64,000 bases of DNA, taken from Bugula neritina (taxonomy: Eukaryota; Animalia; Bryozoa). The DNA is taken from assembly GCA_964035545.1 (NCBI GenBank), contig OZ037766.1, positions 14,126,722 to 14,190,721 on the forward strand, in the 5' to 3' direction. Positions 27,464-49,708 of this stretch are shown piece after piece (the stretch's first letter is position 1; each line of letters opens with the position of its first letter). The notes under the pieces are model-generated. The model did no database searches, was not told the DNA's origin, and saw only the letters and a program-made list of their open reading frames with translations. The translations under genes were made by a program, and so were the position numbers.

Positions 27464-27782
27464 CAGGGGGTGTCCAACCTTTTTAGACGGAGGGCCACTA
27501 AAAGGGAATATTCTATGGCGAGAGGCACATCTTAAACTTTAGCTTGAGCTGGAGGCCACAGCATCAGTATTTTTCAAATTATTTTATTCCAAGTTCTCAT
27601 GAATCATTACACAATTAAGTCCCAATTATTACTGCAGGTTGCATATTTTGTAGCATTCGTAAAAATAAGACATTTAAAAGGTGGTTTTTCACTCTAATTC
27701 ATTTATATGTGTGAAAACTAATTTTAGCTTTATGCCTTCGAGGGCCACATCTGGCCCTGGGGCCACCTGTTGGACAGCCCTG
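27464..27782. mobile_element. hAT (Charlie-like) MITE with perfect 8-bp TSD
   Basis: TIRs CAGGGGGTGTCCAAC / GTTGGACAGCCCTG, with GTTTAAAG duplicated at 27456-27463 and 27783-27790 and GGCCAC subterminal motifs. Confidence 0.92.
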
Positions 27783-28543
27783 GTTTAAAGTGACCATGAA
27801 ATTATTTATTGTTAAATGTTAGAGTATTGGTTTAAGATGTAGTATAGCTATTACTGCTGCATAAATTTATTTTAAATCAATATCTAATAATTACTGTTGA
27901 AATAAATGAAAATAAAATTATACCATCACTTGGGTAATAAATAATTGATTACCCTAATGATAAAATCTTGTCATAGCTGTATGAATATAAGTTAGTAGGT
28001 GACATTTATTGGAAAAAAAATGTATAAAATATTTATAATCTATAATGTTAAATGTAATGATCTGTATCAACAAAGAATAAATAATTAGTTTGAACTCTAA
28101 ACAATATGGGTAAGGAGTTACAGGTTTTGATGAGGTTATTATGAAAAGTTGATTGTATTTTATATGTTGCTATGCATCAAATTGTCACCAGCGGAGTTTG
28201 GCATTTAATGGAAGTCCTTGTTAAATCATGATGCGAACTTATTGTGTGCATGCTGTTAATTTAATGTAGTATATACATTGCGTATTAGTTCTCGGAGATG
28301 TCATTGTCCTTGAAACTGTACAAAAATTGATTTTCTATTTCTAACAGCCTTTCATATACTATTATAAATAGCCTAACCATTTCATTGCTTTGTCTTGAAA
28401 TGATGAATTTCTAAATGGAATGGCTGTGGTCATAGTTGGTAGTACTAGTTTTCATTTTGCTGTAAATCAGAATTTATGGCCCACAGGTACCACTCAGGCA
28501 ACAATGATGCTCTTGATCTCTACTCTCTCATGAGTTACTTACA

Positions 28544-37176
<8,633 letters not shown>

Positions 37177-37416
37177 AGACAGTTTTGTGCAGTTGTTGTA
37201 AATGTCATGTGAATATTTTAGATTTTTATAATTTATTTAATTTAACATTGTAAATTAAGTAGCTTTGCTGGTACAATAAATATGGATAATATAATATTGA
37301 CAAAATGTTATAAAACTAATTTACAATATCTCGACAAGTTGCAAATATAAATACAAGCAGAAAATTACTCTACATGACTATAAGTAGTTAGGGCTTGATC
37401 TAAAATCATCATCATG

Positions 37417-39952
37417 TTACGTGGCGTACATGGTCCTGTATATTCCTTGCAAAATAATGTCTGGTGATGCACCTACAAATAAAATAATTTTTGGTAACCT
37501 TATAACATACCTGGAAGAAAAACAATGTATTAATATTATACATATATAATATAGTGGTAATTGAAGCTCTTTTACGATTCAATATTTCTCCATTCAAAAA
37601 ATGATGAATACTAAAATATATATTAAATAACAGAAAACATTATAGATTATTTGACTAATGTAAGAGTTGCAAGTATAATGAAACATCCATTGAGCTTCAT
37701 ATATATAACAAATAAAAGGAAAGTTTTAGTTAATTAAGGCCAATGCTAGAAAGAAGTAGTCTAAAGTTTCATATTTACATTAATGAAGTTGAGTTGTAAA
37801 TGAAAAGCAAAAGTAGAATAAAACTCACTATTAGAATGGGAAACTTGATCTAAGGAGCTGTCTGATTTGCCAAATGGACACATACTAAGTTGATCATTGT
37901 TGAAAGATGAGCTAAAATCAATAATAAAGGTTATATAATAGCAAGACTGAAATGCAAGTGCTATGTAAACTAACAAATAATGATCATTATTTCCTTATAT
38001 AAACACAATATAAAAACTGATGGTAATATCCCCACAAACGTGCTTAAAATATTAAAGAATAAGTACAAAATATAAATACTCGATTAGTGAGAGGCAACTG
38101 AAATAAATTTTAATAAAAAATGGTGCAATAGCAGTATGTATGTTTCACTTTTCTAACCTATTATAAGCACTGTCATTCACGCCATTGCTGGCATTTCCAT
38201 CTATTGTGTCTTCTTGGTTGATGTTTAAAAATGCAAGCAATGCAGCTGTGTATTCTGAGGTTTTTAATATGTGCTAAAACAAATAGTAAGCTTCAGGTCA
38301 ACAACACACCTGACGATGCAGGAAAACAATAGAAAGAAAAGAAAATTGATCATGCAAGTTTCGATTACATGATGTTGAGAGCTTAAGCATTGGCAAGGGT
38401 TCAAAAGCTGATGAACGTTTTTAAACCATTTTAATACCTGCAAGTAAGCCTCCAACTGGCTCCTTCGCTCTTCAATGAATTTAGTGCTTTTGTTTAATAC
38501 TTTTTTGGGTGGAAAATAAGGAACAGATATTTCTTTCTTCAGCTAGAATAAGAGACAAAATGTTGATAAAATGCACTTTTTAAAGTGACACTGTGATCTT
38601 CTACACATTGTCAATTTCTAAATACAAGAACTAATTTAGTCAACATAGCCTTCAAAATCAATGAGGTTTCACAGCAGTTTAGAGCCTAAAATAATGCAAC
38701 TGTTTGCAAGAAGCGTTACAGTCAGAAAATCCTTATGAAACAATAAGTTCAATCAATAACTCAGAGCTGATGTTGCTATACTGGGAGTTGTCTTACTGTT
38801 TTGTGTAACTCTTCAAATTCTGAATAACGTTTCTCAATCACATGCTTTACTCCATTCACATAAACGTCTACAATAAATACCTGTAACAAATAGCATCAAA
38901 TAATAATTTTGCTGCACCAGAAAACATTATTACACTGTTGTTGGCATATACCACAACTAAGCTTGAAAGCTATATGTCATCATTTAATTTTTTTGACCTA
39001 GAACTTTGACATATTAGCTACTTTTAGCAGATAGTTTTTTTAGTGCAAAAATCAAAATACTCATAGCTATTTGTGTGAACTAAAATGTGACCAAATGACC
39101 CAATGACCTTAATCTTATTTGTACAATCAAATTTGATTGGTCATGTGAACATCGGGGTTTTTATATGACTAACAAAGATGGCTCCTACCATTATTACAGA
39201 TTTTCATTTGAATGTTCTTAAAATCTCTATTATATAACTCCTCGAAAGTAAAAAAATATACTAGGTTTTTGTTCTAAAAATTATATTTAAACTTTGAAAT
39301 GTGTGTTTTGCAAAATGTGTTACACCTATCATGAATTGCGTTAAAGTAAACTAAACTTAGTTTTACCTAAAACAAAGTTACAAAGACCAATTTAAATGTT
39401 CCCTAAACCACTTAGGAGTGTTACCACAGCATTTGTGCCAACTTCGCCACTTTACTAGCAAACATTCACTAAGCTGTGTTAGGTTTGTTGTACTTCTTTA
39501 CTAAAATTTACCTATTTCGAAAGAACACATATATAACAATTTAACAATTTTAACATGATTTATATACAAGTAATGTTTCCCAATACATATGAATATTAAA
39601 ATAATAAGAGGAAAAATTTATTTCGCGCAGAATTAAGACACATCTACACCAAAATGTAGCAATCGAAATTAAATAGTGTTTGAAGGTTTTTATAGAAATT
39701 CCGAGTGCTATGTCAATCTTCGTTAAGGTGGTGTCAACCCCATGCCTAAAAACACAAACAACTCTCCCAAAATTACCCTTTGCAATAACTTAAAAGTATT
39801 GTTAGTTATTGACTAAAGAGGTAAATTAGTCCACTTTTAAAATACTATTAGTATTGATGCTGATATATTAGGAAACTTACAGTGAATGTGTAAGTTCCAT
39901 GTTCTTGTTGAGCCGTTCTATAGCTTACAATAAAAGCTTTAACTAACATCAT
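37417..39952 (-). CDS. SNX24: Sorting nexin 22/24-like PX-domain protein
   Basis: Exons 39952-39881, ~38881-38798, ~38542-38438, ~38273-38158, ~37912-37829 and ~37472-37417 give MMLVKAFIVSYR...VFIVDVYVNGVKHVIEKRYSEFEELHKTLKKEISVPYFPPKKVLNKSTKFIEERRSQLEAYLQ...LLAFLNI...ASPDIILQGIYRTMYAT*. This has the PX motifs RYSEF, PPK and RRxxLExYL plus an SNX22/24-like C-terminal motif. Confidence 0.85.
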
Positions 39953-39954
39953 AA

Positions 39955-42270
39955 TTATACTTATTGCTTATTCAATATTCATATTCAATAACTGATTGAA
40001 TGAGTTGTTTACTGATGGCGATTATTATAACAATCACAATTTGACTTGTGCTTCGCCTTTAATCTCAGTCTTCGATAATCCAACTCACTGATTACTGTTT
40101 CTGTAAAACAAAAATCCGATTCTAAGTCTAGATTTAAGAGTAATATTTATACTATGACTAACATACTAACAGTAACACTGACGTGCAAGCTCAATGGCTA
40201 TTTCAAAACGTACAGACACTGTTACTTAGTTTATTCAAAATTATTGAGTTAGTGATTTAGTCAGTTACTGAGTAGTAAGTGTAACAAGCAAAAGTAAATC
40301 AAACCGAAACTGTGATCAGTTGAACTAAATCAGCAAACACAAATGCATTACATCGACCAATGAGTAATGACTCGAACAGTGAGTTTAAATTTAAGTTAGC
40401 AACAACTGCTATTACTTAAATGCTAATTCCTCTTACTCTTGATCATAAAAGTTATGACTTATCTTATGAGTCAAACTTATTGTTAAACTAAAAGTAAAAG
40501 TTGAACTTGAAGGGAATTTAAAATTAAATGAAAGTTATTTCAAGTTAAAATTCCATTCACTTGCCAAGTGCTAACATACTCAAAGCTTAAACTGTTGAAG
40601 TTTTGGTTAATATTATTATTAATATAATAATAAATATAAACTAAAACAATGACATTATGATTATCATAATGATAATGATAATCATTATGATTATGATAAT
40701 ATTAATTATAATAATAATAATAATATAAATAATAACAGTGATTATCATTATCATTATTATTATATACATTAGAATACGCAGTTTATTATAAAGTTAAGAA
40801 ATTATCAAATAAAATTCATATTGTTGGCGTTGAGAAAGTAAGACTGCAATGTATAAACTAACAGTAATACTAAATTTAATATAAATTTAGTATTACAAGT
40901 AAGACAAGCAAAGTGAAAGGAAATTGTTATAGGTCACTCCGGGGTCGACTTGAAGAGAAGGCGGAGCCTGGTTGATCATTATTGCAGAGACCCAGCAAAG
41001 TGATTCAAAGCAAACCCCAATAGCTGGTCATTGCTTTTGAGGAAGGATAACTCTTTGACAATCTTCCGCATGGTATTTAGAAGACTTTATTACCGAGTTG
41101 TGGTGGGATAACTCTTTGGTCAAAGTCAGGCGCCAACGCCTATGCTGGAAAGCTGAACTGCACAAAATATTATTATTAACAGCAATATGAAGTCTTAGAG
41201 TGTCTCCTAGTCATTCAATTTCAATTTTATTTTCATTAGTCATTATCCATAGACGAAAGCTTCGTATGAGTAACTCAGCTTTAGTGTCATGATTACACCA
41301 TTGTTATTATGTTATCTATGAATCAAGTTACGACACTGTTGCTGTAAAGTTGACTGTTGAGCTTTTTGAAAGCTGCTTCACTTCAGCTTGAGCTTGTAGT
41401 TGTTGTTCAATCACTTCAATCATCAATGTGAATGTTACATTTACTGTTAGTGTTACTGCTAGCTCTGGCTCATATTATTATTTGATATTGAAAATGAATT
41501 TCAATTTGATATTCATATTGAATATTAATATTCATTATTCATATTTTAAATTATATTCAATTATATTGATAATTATAAATATAATTATATTTAATTTTAT
41601 AATATTAATTATAATAATAATATTAATATGATTATTTAAAGTTTAATACGATATTGAAACTTATATTTATATTGATTTATAATTTTACTTTGCATTATGA
41701 TATTGAATATAATTTAAATTATTAAATAAATTTAAAATTATTATAATAATTATTAGTGTTACTATTAGTATTAGTATTAATATATTAGTATTACAATTAT
41801 AATTATTGATAATAATTACTATTAGGATTATAAAGATTATGATTATCATAATGATTATAATTTATACTTGCACTTATGAGTTATGACTTATACTTAAAGT
41901 TATAGCTTATGGCTATAGGCTATAGCCTATAGGTAATATCATTAACTTCAAGATTACCATTATAATTAAAAAATTAAATCACAATATCAATATGATGATG
42001 GATAATAAGTTAAAGTATTACTATAAGTATATATATAATTAATAGTTATATCAAACTATTAACTATAAGGTTAGGTTTAATTTTAACTATTACTATAAGC
42101 ATAAGCCATCATGATGATGGTAATCGTTATAATTATTTATTATAAATTATAATAACGAATAACCATTTCAATTTGACTTTAAGTTCATCATTATAATATA
42201 ATGATAAAGATGAAATCAAATTGAAACGGTTATTTGTTAATATTAAAGTTGTACTAATACTCACTCAGGC
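39955..42270. promoter_or_regulatory. Divergent SNX24/ZNF promoter region made of triplet-periodic AT-rich DNA around a GC-richer core (40930-41165)
   Basis: Lies between head-to-head genes and shows ATT/AAT/ACT/AGT triplet periodicity, giving I/N/T-rich pseudo-ORFs such as 41428-41631. A probable + strand 5'UTR donor (AAG|GTTAGG) is at ~42069. Confidence 0.55.
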
Positions 42271-42769
42271 CTGACACATTGTTTCATTTTTTTACAACCC
42301 AACCCCTAAACTGAGTATTTTTTTCCTGATGGAGCAAAAATGCAGATTGCAAGCATGTTACACGTTATTGCGTATTTGAATCTTTAAAGCTATTATTAAC
42401 TAATGAAATGAACTATATATATATATAATGGCTTCCAAATTTGCTTGTGGATTTTAAAGATAAATATTAAAAAAATAGTAATATACAGCGTGTTGATATA
42501 TAAAAGAAAATGTTGATTCAACAGTGCAGATTTTTCTAACGGCAATTTTGTATAGTTGATTATATGCACTACAGGCCACAGAATTTCTAAGTTGAACAAC
42601 TTGCTTCTTTTTTTATAGTCAGTCATGAGTATTGTGAAAAAATATTCCTGCAGATTTTCTTTCTCTTGTTTTTAAAAATCTGCAAGTCAGTTTAGATGAA
42701 ATTTTTTGCTGACTTTTATACTTAGAAATTTATTGGACCATCTAGACTAAAACAACAAAAATTCAAAAG

Positions 42770-45700
42770 ATGAACATTGCAATAGATGCTAATACACACC
42801 AGCTTGTGGTAAGTAAAAATTTTTAATACACCTGTCAAAAATTGGATTTCTTTTACAATTTATCCTCAATTTGTTCTTGCAAAGTTAATACTTAATCTAA
42901 ATAATTATGAGCTAGTGCTTTAATAACCCCTAATATTTTTTCAACACTTTTTTGAACGAGCACCTTATTTTCACCAAGCCATATAAACAATAAATTTAAT
43001 AGATTGCTCAACTTTAGTAATCCTTATTCATTATCTCCTAATCTTATAATTTTTGTGAATTTCATAAAATTTGTGCATGTACATACTACATATAATATTT
43101 ATAATACTTTTTTTGTTTTTGTTTGCAGAGTTGCTACAACTGCAACGTGCTACAACACCGCAGTAAAATGTGCATCGATTGTGGTGAGTAGTGTTTTGTT
43201 GCCTCAATAAAATTTTTGTAATATTTTCACACCAAATGCACATTTTTGTGCAAAAGTTGTCGTGCTAAACTATAGGCAAACAGCAACTGCAGCTATACAT
43301 TGTAAATTCTTTTTATTTTGTTTTTTGCAGTGTTACTTATATCAACTTATAGAATTTTACTCTACAATCTGCAATGTTTCAATTTGAAAATTTGAAATGT
43401 GTATCATTTAAAATGTTGAGCACAGATTCGAGTCTGCATGGAATTTTTAAATATATCAAGTTAGACCAGTATGGTAATTTTACTAAAACTTTGCATGGCA
43501 ACTTTTTATCTACAATATTTTAGTGTATCTATATGTTCATTATAATATCCTGTTGACTATAATTGCATTACTAGACTTTTTAATGTGCTAAGCTAGCTGG
43601 CTTAGGATTTCATAATGAATACTGGTTTAAACAAAATTTCTGTTGGCCAAGTTTGTAAAACTAAGAATATGTAATACTGTTCACTATAATTACACCATAT
43701 CAAGTTTTTAATTTACAATATGGATCTTCATATTATTTTTTGAATTTTAGGGGTGAAGTTCAGTGACCCAGTTTATCCGCCTGGTTCTAATTCTCCAAAA
43801 GGGCCACAATATGTTTTCCATACATCCCAAGATGATGTCAGCGCAGACATGTCTGATGTGGTGTTTTCCTTTCCTGAGGTGGAGATAACGCCTTCTTCTC
43901 TGGAGCAATTGCTTGAAAATTATTCCAATCTGGTAACTACAAGCTGTCAAATATTGCAGTTGTGCAATCATTAAATTATGGCAACTAATTTTTGGTTAAA
44001 ATTGTCTAAAATAGTCAGAATGCAGCCATTTTAGCTATTGTAATAGTTCAATTTTAAGCAATCATTCTGTTTTAGAGAAGCTGTTTACTTGTTTTTATCA
44101 CGTGCGATGATATGCTGTTACGGTGTACAAGATTGTCCTGATTGATGTACTGCTAAAACCATTTTAGTTCAATGCAAGAATTTGAAAGTTTTGAAACATA
44201 ATCTCTGCTGAATTAAACATTGACTCTCATATATTTGTATTCCAACAGAATGCCAATAACATTTAAATATAATCTCAAACTATTTGTAAATTGGTTTCTG
44301 TCTGAATGATGCATGAACTGAATGTTATGGATTTTAGTTGGAACAGTTGAAAGCAAATGGGTGTCTTTTTTACTCCATAATGTACAATCCCAAGCTTGAA
44401 TCTAGTGACGTCAAATGTGCTGGTATTCCCGAGGAAATCAGGACAAACATTAGTGAAACGGTGAAAATTTATTTTCCCAAATCTGCAAGTAAGTTGGCCT
44501 AACTGTAATTTGGTGTGTTGCCTGAAAATTTTCTTGTTTTATTTGGCATGAATCTTAAAATGAGATCATTTTATAAAATAATTTTGCTGGCAGTATATTT
44601 ATCTATCAATTTATGGTTGTTGTAGAAAAGCGCCAAAAGCCAAGAGTTTATAGTGACATAGATGTTCAAGAAAAAAAGTATCCGTGTACGTTTTCTGGTT
44701 GTGACTACCGAACTAAATACTCGTGGCAAGTTAAAAACCACATGCGACGTCACACTGGTGAAAAGCCCTATAGTTGCAACTTTTGCAATTTTCGTACAAG
44801 TGACTGTTCTCGACTAATTAAGCACAAGCGTGCACATAACTTAGATACTCCTTTCAAATGTAAAATTTGTTCACTCGGTTTCCGAAAAGAAAATGGCTTG
44901 ACCTGCCATATGCGGTTTGTTCATAAAGAAAATGATTCAGAATCCAATTCTGCAAAACATATGGCATTGTATGATGAAAGCACAGGAAAGTGGAAATGTG
45001 AGATATGTGGCAGCTTGTTTAGTGCTAAGTCAGTTCTTCTGATACACTACCGTACTCATACTGGTGAGAGACCATATGCTTGCGGCAAATGTGCCTACAG
45101 AGCTTCTCATAGAAGCTCTTTGCGAATTCACATGAATAACCATGTTAACATGGATTCAAAAGCATTAAGTTGTCAGGAGTGCAGCTTTCGTACAAACTAC
45201 TATGCAATTCTTGGACAGCATAATAAACAATTTCACCCAAAAACTAATTCTTGTCCAGAAACCTCTGCGAAGTTGCAAAATGCTCCAAAGCGTGTAGTAA
45301 AGCACAAAGGTCCTTGGAAGTGCCAAATTTGCCACATTGAAACTGGTACACGGGCGCAGCTGAAGCAGCATCGCAAGGATAATCACAATGAGCAAGTTAT
45401 TTCATATATGAGAGTGGCATATGACGGAGAAAAGAAAGTGTTCAACTGTAAAAAATGCAAGTTTTTCTCTAATGATGTAAACGACAGTGTGCAACATAGC
45501 AAGAAACATATGGTCCGGAAAATTTGTTGCAATTTATGTGCATACAAGACAATGTCTATGGCTAGTCTCAACAGACATAAAGCTCAGTTACATGGCATAA
45601 AAATAGCCCACAACTGCCCTCAGTGTAGTTTCACTTGTCAGTCTACCCGAGAACTAAACAAACATAAGAAAACACATGAGCTATCCATTCCACAACTTGC

Positions 45701-46659
45701 CCCACTACTTCTGTGCACAAAATGTACATTTTCAACTTCTTCTCAGCAGTTAATGGCTAGTCATATGAATTGCCATAATGGCGTGAGTTTCACATGTGAT
45801 CTGTGTAACTACATGGTGTATGATGAGAGTGAGTTGCTACTTCATAAGAAATTTCACCTGCAAAGTTCCAACAAGAAATCAGGTAAAAATTTAGTGTCAA
45901 AAAGGCTTATTTGCAAATTTAGATTATAAATTTCCTAGTAACTTTGTAAATTTCTGTATTACTACAAAAAGTTTCCTCCACGTTGACTTCATTTAAAACA
46001 TTTATTCTAGAAACAAAATTATTGCCGAAGGAAAAACAATACAGGAGCTTCAAAAGATTAACTAAGCCGACTGATGGAGGCCATGAGAAACCAGAAGGAA
46101 TAGATGCCTCAGTAACTAATATATTAAGGTCATTGGATAAAAAGGATTATGCAAGTCTTGTAATTTCACCTAACCGGCAAGTAAATGAGTCTTTGCCTGA
46201 AAAAGTTCCTATCAAAATGCCCAAGCTCTTAAGCTTACTAAACCCAGGGCTTGACCTGATGAAGGCTAACGACCAGGCTCTCTCTGAGAATGCTGCAGCA
46301 AGCTCACCATTCAGCACTGGCAAATCTACCAGTTTTGGTATGTCATTTATAGGTTTTTAATTTTGTTATCGAAAATATTATGCTTTTAGCAAAACTATAC
46401 TGCACCAAACTTTGCTTTTATGTTTACCTTCCGTATTTCATTGTTTCAGCTGATGGAGGTGCAGCAGCCATCATGTCTAAAGCATCTGACTCTGCTTCTA
46501 GCATTGTAGTGAAGACATGTGCAGGTGAGGAGAATTTTCAATTTTCGCTATATTTTTTGTGTTAAAGCATTAGTGATGTTTCTCAATATATTTACTTTCC
46601 TATCTTTAGTTGTTGAAGAGGACATATCTGCCGAGAAGTCTGCACCAATTACAGATTAA
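42770..46659 (+). CDS. C2H2 zinc-finger protein (12 fingers) with N-terminal CxxC-CxxC and LLENYS module; tandem paralog A
   Basis: Eight in-phase exons: 42770-42808, 43129-43183, 43751-43932, 44338-44488, 44626-45882, 46011-46337, 46450-46524 and 46610-46659. Exon 5 encodes 12 CxxC...HxxxH fingers with HTGEKPY/HTGERPY linkers. Confidence 0.88.
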
Positions 46660-48161
46660 ATAAATTTATGTTAAATTAGTTTATATGTAAATATTTTTGT
46701 TTAATAAATGTTTTAACAAATAAATTCTTTTTTATACTAATAATGCACCTGCAGTACTGTTGATGAGTTCTTTACATCTTTCAAATGTCATAACCATTTT
46801 TCAGTGTATTCCCAGTCTGTTGATAATTTTTTTATTAAAATTGAAATCAGTCTAATGTAGCACTCTTGGATATTAATGTTCAACCTTTTTGGCATACCGC
46901 CTGCTTGTCAACTTTAAACATACCTAGATCCTCTTTGCTTGATAAGCTAAATAACAGTTTAAAATTGTAATAGAAGCTATAGAATACTCATTTTAGTCTT
47001 AGTAATGGAATATCTGTAAGCTTTACTGGTCAGCTAATAACTCCTATGGTATATACAGTAACACTAGAGTAAAATTTACCTGTGCTTATTTAGGCTGGGC
47101 ATGCACTCAAAATGGCAAATGTAGCTTCTCAGGCTCTTCAAAACATAGATTAAAAACCACTGCAGTAAAAAATCTGTACTGCTAATATAGTGTTTAAGGC
47201 ATTTAATTAAAGGAAATTAATTGGCAGCAGTTCCAGAAAGTTTAAGAGTTATTTGAAATCATGAAGGATTTATGAAAATAATATTTTGTTGTGTAAATAA
47301 GCTGCATATCATGGTTTGCAACAAGAAAACATTAATTGAAATACGTCATAATTTTGACAAAGCCTGCTAGTGTTCTTTACGATGTACATATGTACCTATT
47401 ATAGCCTCTTCTTAGCAGTTATCGCCCTATGAGTTGTCACCTAGTTCGAATTTGTATAGTTTTTTTTGTTGCTACATGTTGTGCAATAGAATTAAGTCAA
47501 CAATGTCATCATACCACATTGAAAGAATAAGTGATGCACAGTTTTGATCCTAAAAATGTAATCTTTGAACAGATAGAAGGCCAAGCACGCAATATCAAAT
47601 TTTCTCAGTTGTAATTGCTAGCATAGTGGAGTTTTCTTATAGCAACTGGCTCAACTATAGGCTTGTTATAAAAGTGATGCAGTTATACTTGAAAACATGG
47701 CTTAGCTATCCATTGTGATGTTAATTTAAGGTAGATTTAAGTTTGGAGCCCATTTTTATTAGCTACCTTATTTTCCAAAGTTCTGCAATTTGTTAAAATA
47801 CAATAAATTTAGATCTGCTTGGAACTACAAATATTCCGTAAATAGAGATTTGAATTATTGAATTGCATTATATCAACTATTTGTCTATAATGATCACCAG
47901 CATATTATACTTTGGTCTAGCCATTTTTGGTCTATTCAAACTCGAATCTGTCATTTTCTTTACCTGTTGAATAAAAAACATGATGGAAATGCAATGGTTG
48001 TTTTAAAAAAAGCTAAGCGGCAACATGGAGTTTACATGCTTTGTTTTTCCGAGACAGTAATCTTATACAATCCTATGAGGTGTGAACCCTATGTAAAACA
48101 GCACTCGGAGAAAATGTCTAGTATGCATTGCAATTTTCTAAACATTATGTTTAAATAAATA

Positions 48162-49396
48162 GGGGTAATGGGGGCACAAAGGGCCAAATTTTGAATTTTT
48201 TACTCTCATCCGTCTGTTTTTTAAATAAATAGTTCAATAATCTCTAGTCTAAATGCTACACTAGTTGTCTATTCTAGGTATCAGTTGGTTGTTTTTATCT
48301 CTTTCACAAGTTTCAGAATAATGAAATTTTCACGACGTAAAAATGGCCCATTGTGCCATATATTGAAACTTTGCTACTTTTGGTTGCATCTGATCTTTAT
48401 TTATTTATTATACACAAATGAATAAAAATAATATTTTAGATCTACAGCAAAAATAATGTTTTAGCTGTACAATTTGTACCACCACAGGTAGCAGGGCGAG
48501 GGAAAATCAAACGCACATCACTCGGTTCTACAATACCATTATCATTACTGTTTAGAACTAAAAATGTTTTTTTCTATTTCCACTTCACAAAAACTTCCAC
48601 CAGAAAAAAACTTTAGTAACATGTACTAAAAAATTTTGAGTGAACGTTTTTCTATGAGCTGTAACTAAGGTGCCTGGCTGAGGTTTGTGACTGGAATTCA
48701 AAAGGGGAGGGGGGAGGAAATGAACAAATCAGAATTTATTTTAGTCAAATACATGTATATTCCTTCAATGATATAATGTATAATGAATATCAGTAGCAAC
48801 AGCAGTGTTTTGCATGATGTATAAAATGACAAAGCTATAGCCACACCAGGTGTATTTATAGGCCCGTTATAAGGGAGCTTCACCTTGTTGCTTGATAGTC
48901 TTACCATGATGTCTTTGATATGTTGCAAAAAGGTTGGAAATGGTTATATCTATAGATTTTATTAACATTTCATCTAACTTTTTGGGCAAACAAGCTAATG
49001 ACAGTGATCAGGGTGCAATGGTCAGGTAGCCCCGTGTGACCAAGTTGAAAATAAATGTAACTCAAGGAGAATTTATTTTAGAGTTTGCTATTATACTAGT
49101 TGAGCAATGTAAAGAAAAGCAATGGTAACAATATCAGTAAAATCTAGGCTTGTTGCTTTTAATTGTAAAAAGTTATAAAGCTTTAACAACATCTTAAAAA
49201 GTTTACAAAAAGTAGTTAAAACAGTTTTTGACTTGCCTCTTCAACATGTATGTTTCGGAAGTATCGAAACTACAATGGCTGAAAAATTATGTCAATACCT
49301 TTTCATTAAAATAGAAATCACAACTCTAAGTCAATAAGTTCTCTCACAATTTGACCGGTGTTTTGTACCCCTATGACCGTTGTGCCCCGTTACCCC
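48162..49396. mobile_element. Non-autonomous DNA transposon with TA target duplication (Tc1/mariner-pogo-like)
   Basis: TA|GGGGTAATGGGGGCACAA ... TTGTGCCCCGTTACCCC|TA. No transposase ORF. It sits between the two ZNF paralogs. Confidence 0.75.
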
Positions 49397-49708
49397 TACA
49401 TATTTGGAAATCATGTGGTGAATAAACTGACATCTGCACTCTGTGGTTTTTTTTTTAAAGTAAACTGTTAAGTTCTAATGTTGGTTCAAGAATGAATCAG
49501 AATTTAAAAACATTAAAATTATGTGTGCCTCAAGAAATTTTGCTGCTTTAGACAATATCTGTTTGGTAATACAAAAACTTGGTTTAGGCTTTATACCATT
49601 TTTGTAATCCCAAGTAAAAATTTGCTGAGTAGCGAATTTGTTTGCGTACTTCGATGAGTACTTTGATAAAGTCAATATTAACAGTCAGCTTTCATTGTTT
49701 CTGTTTAG

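Noticed and set aside
37412-37597. ORF-track frame (VCYKVTKNYF...) as the SNX last exon
   Set aside because: The acceptor at ~37472 in another frame gives the SNX22/24-like DIILQGIY motif and the correct phase.
41141-41155. ATGCTGGAAA, matching the group I intron P element
   Set aside because: No Q, R or S elements follow in the required order.
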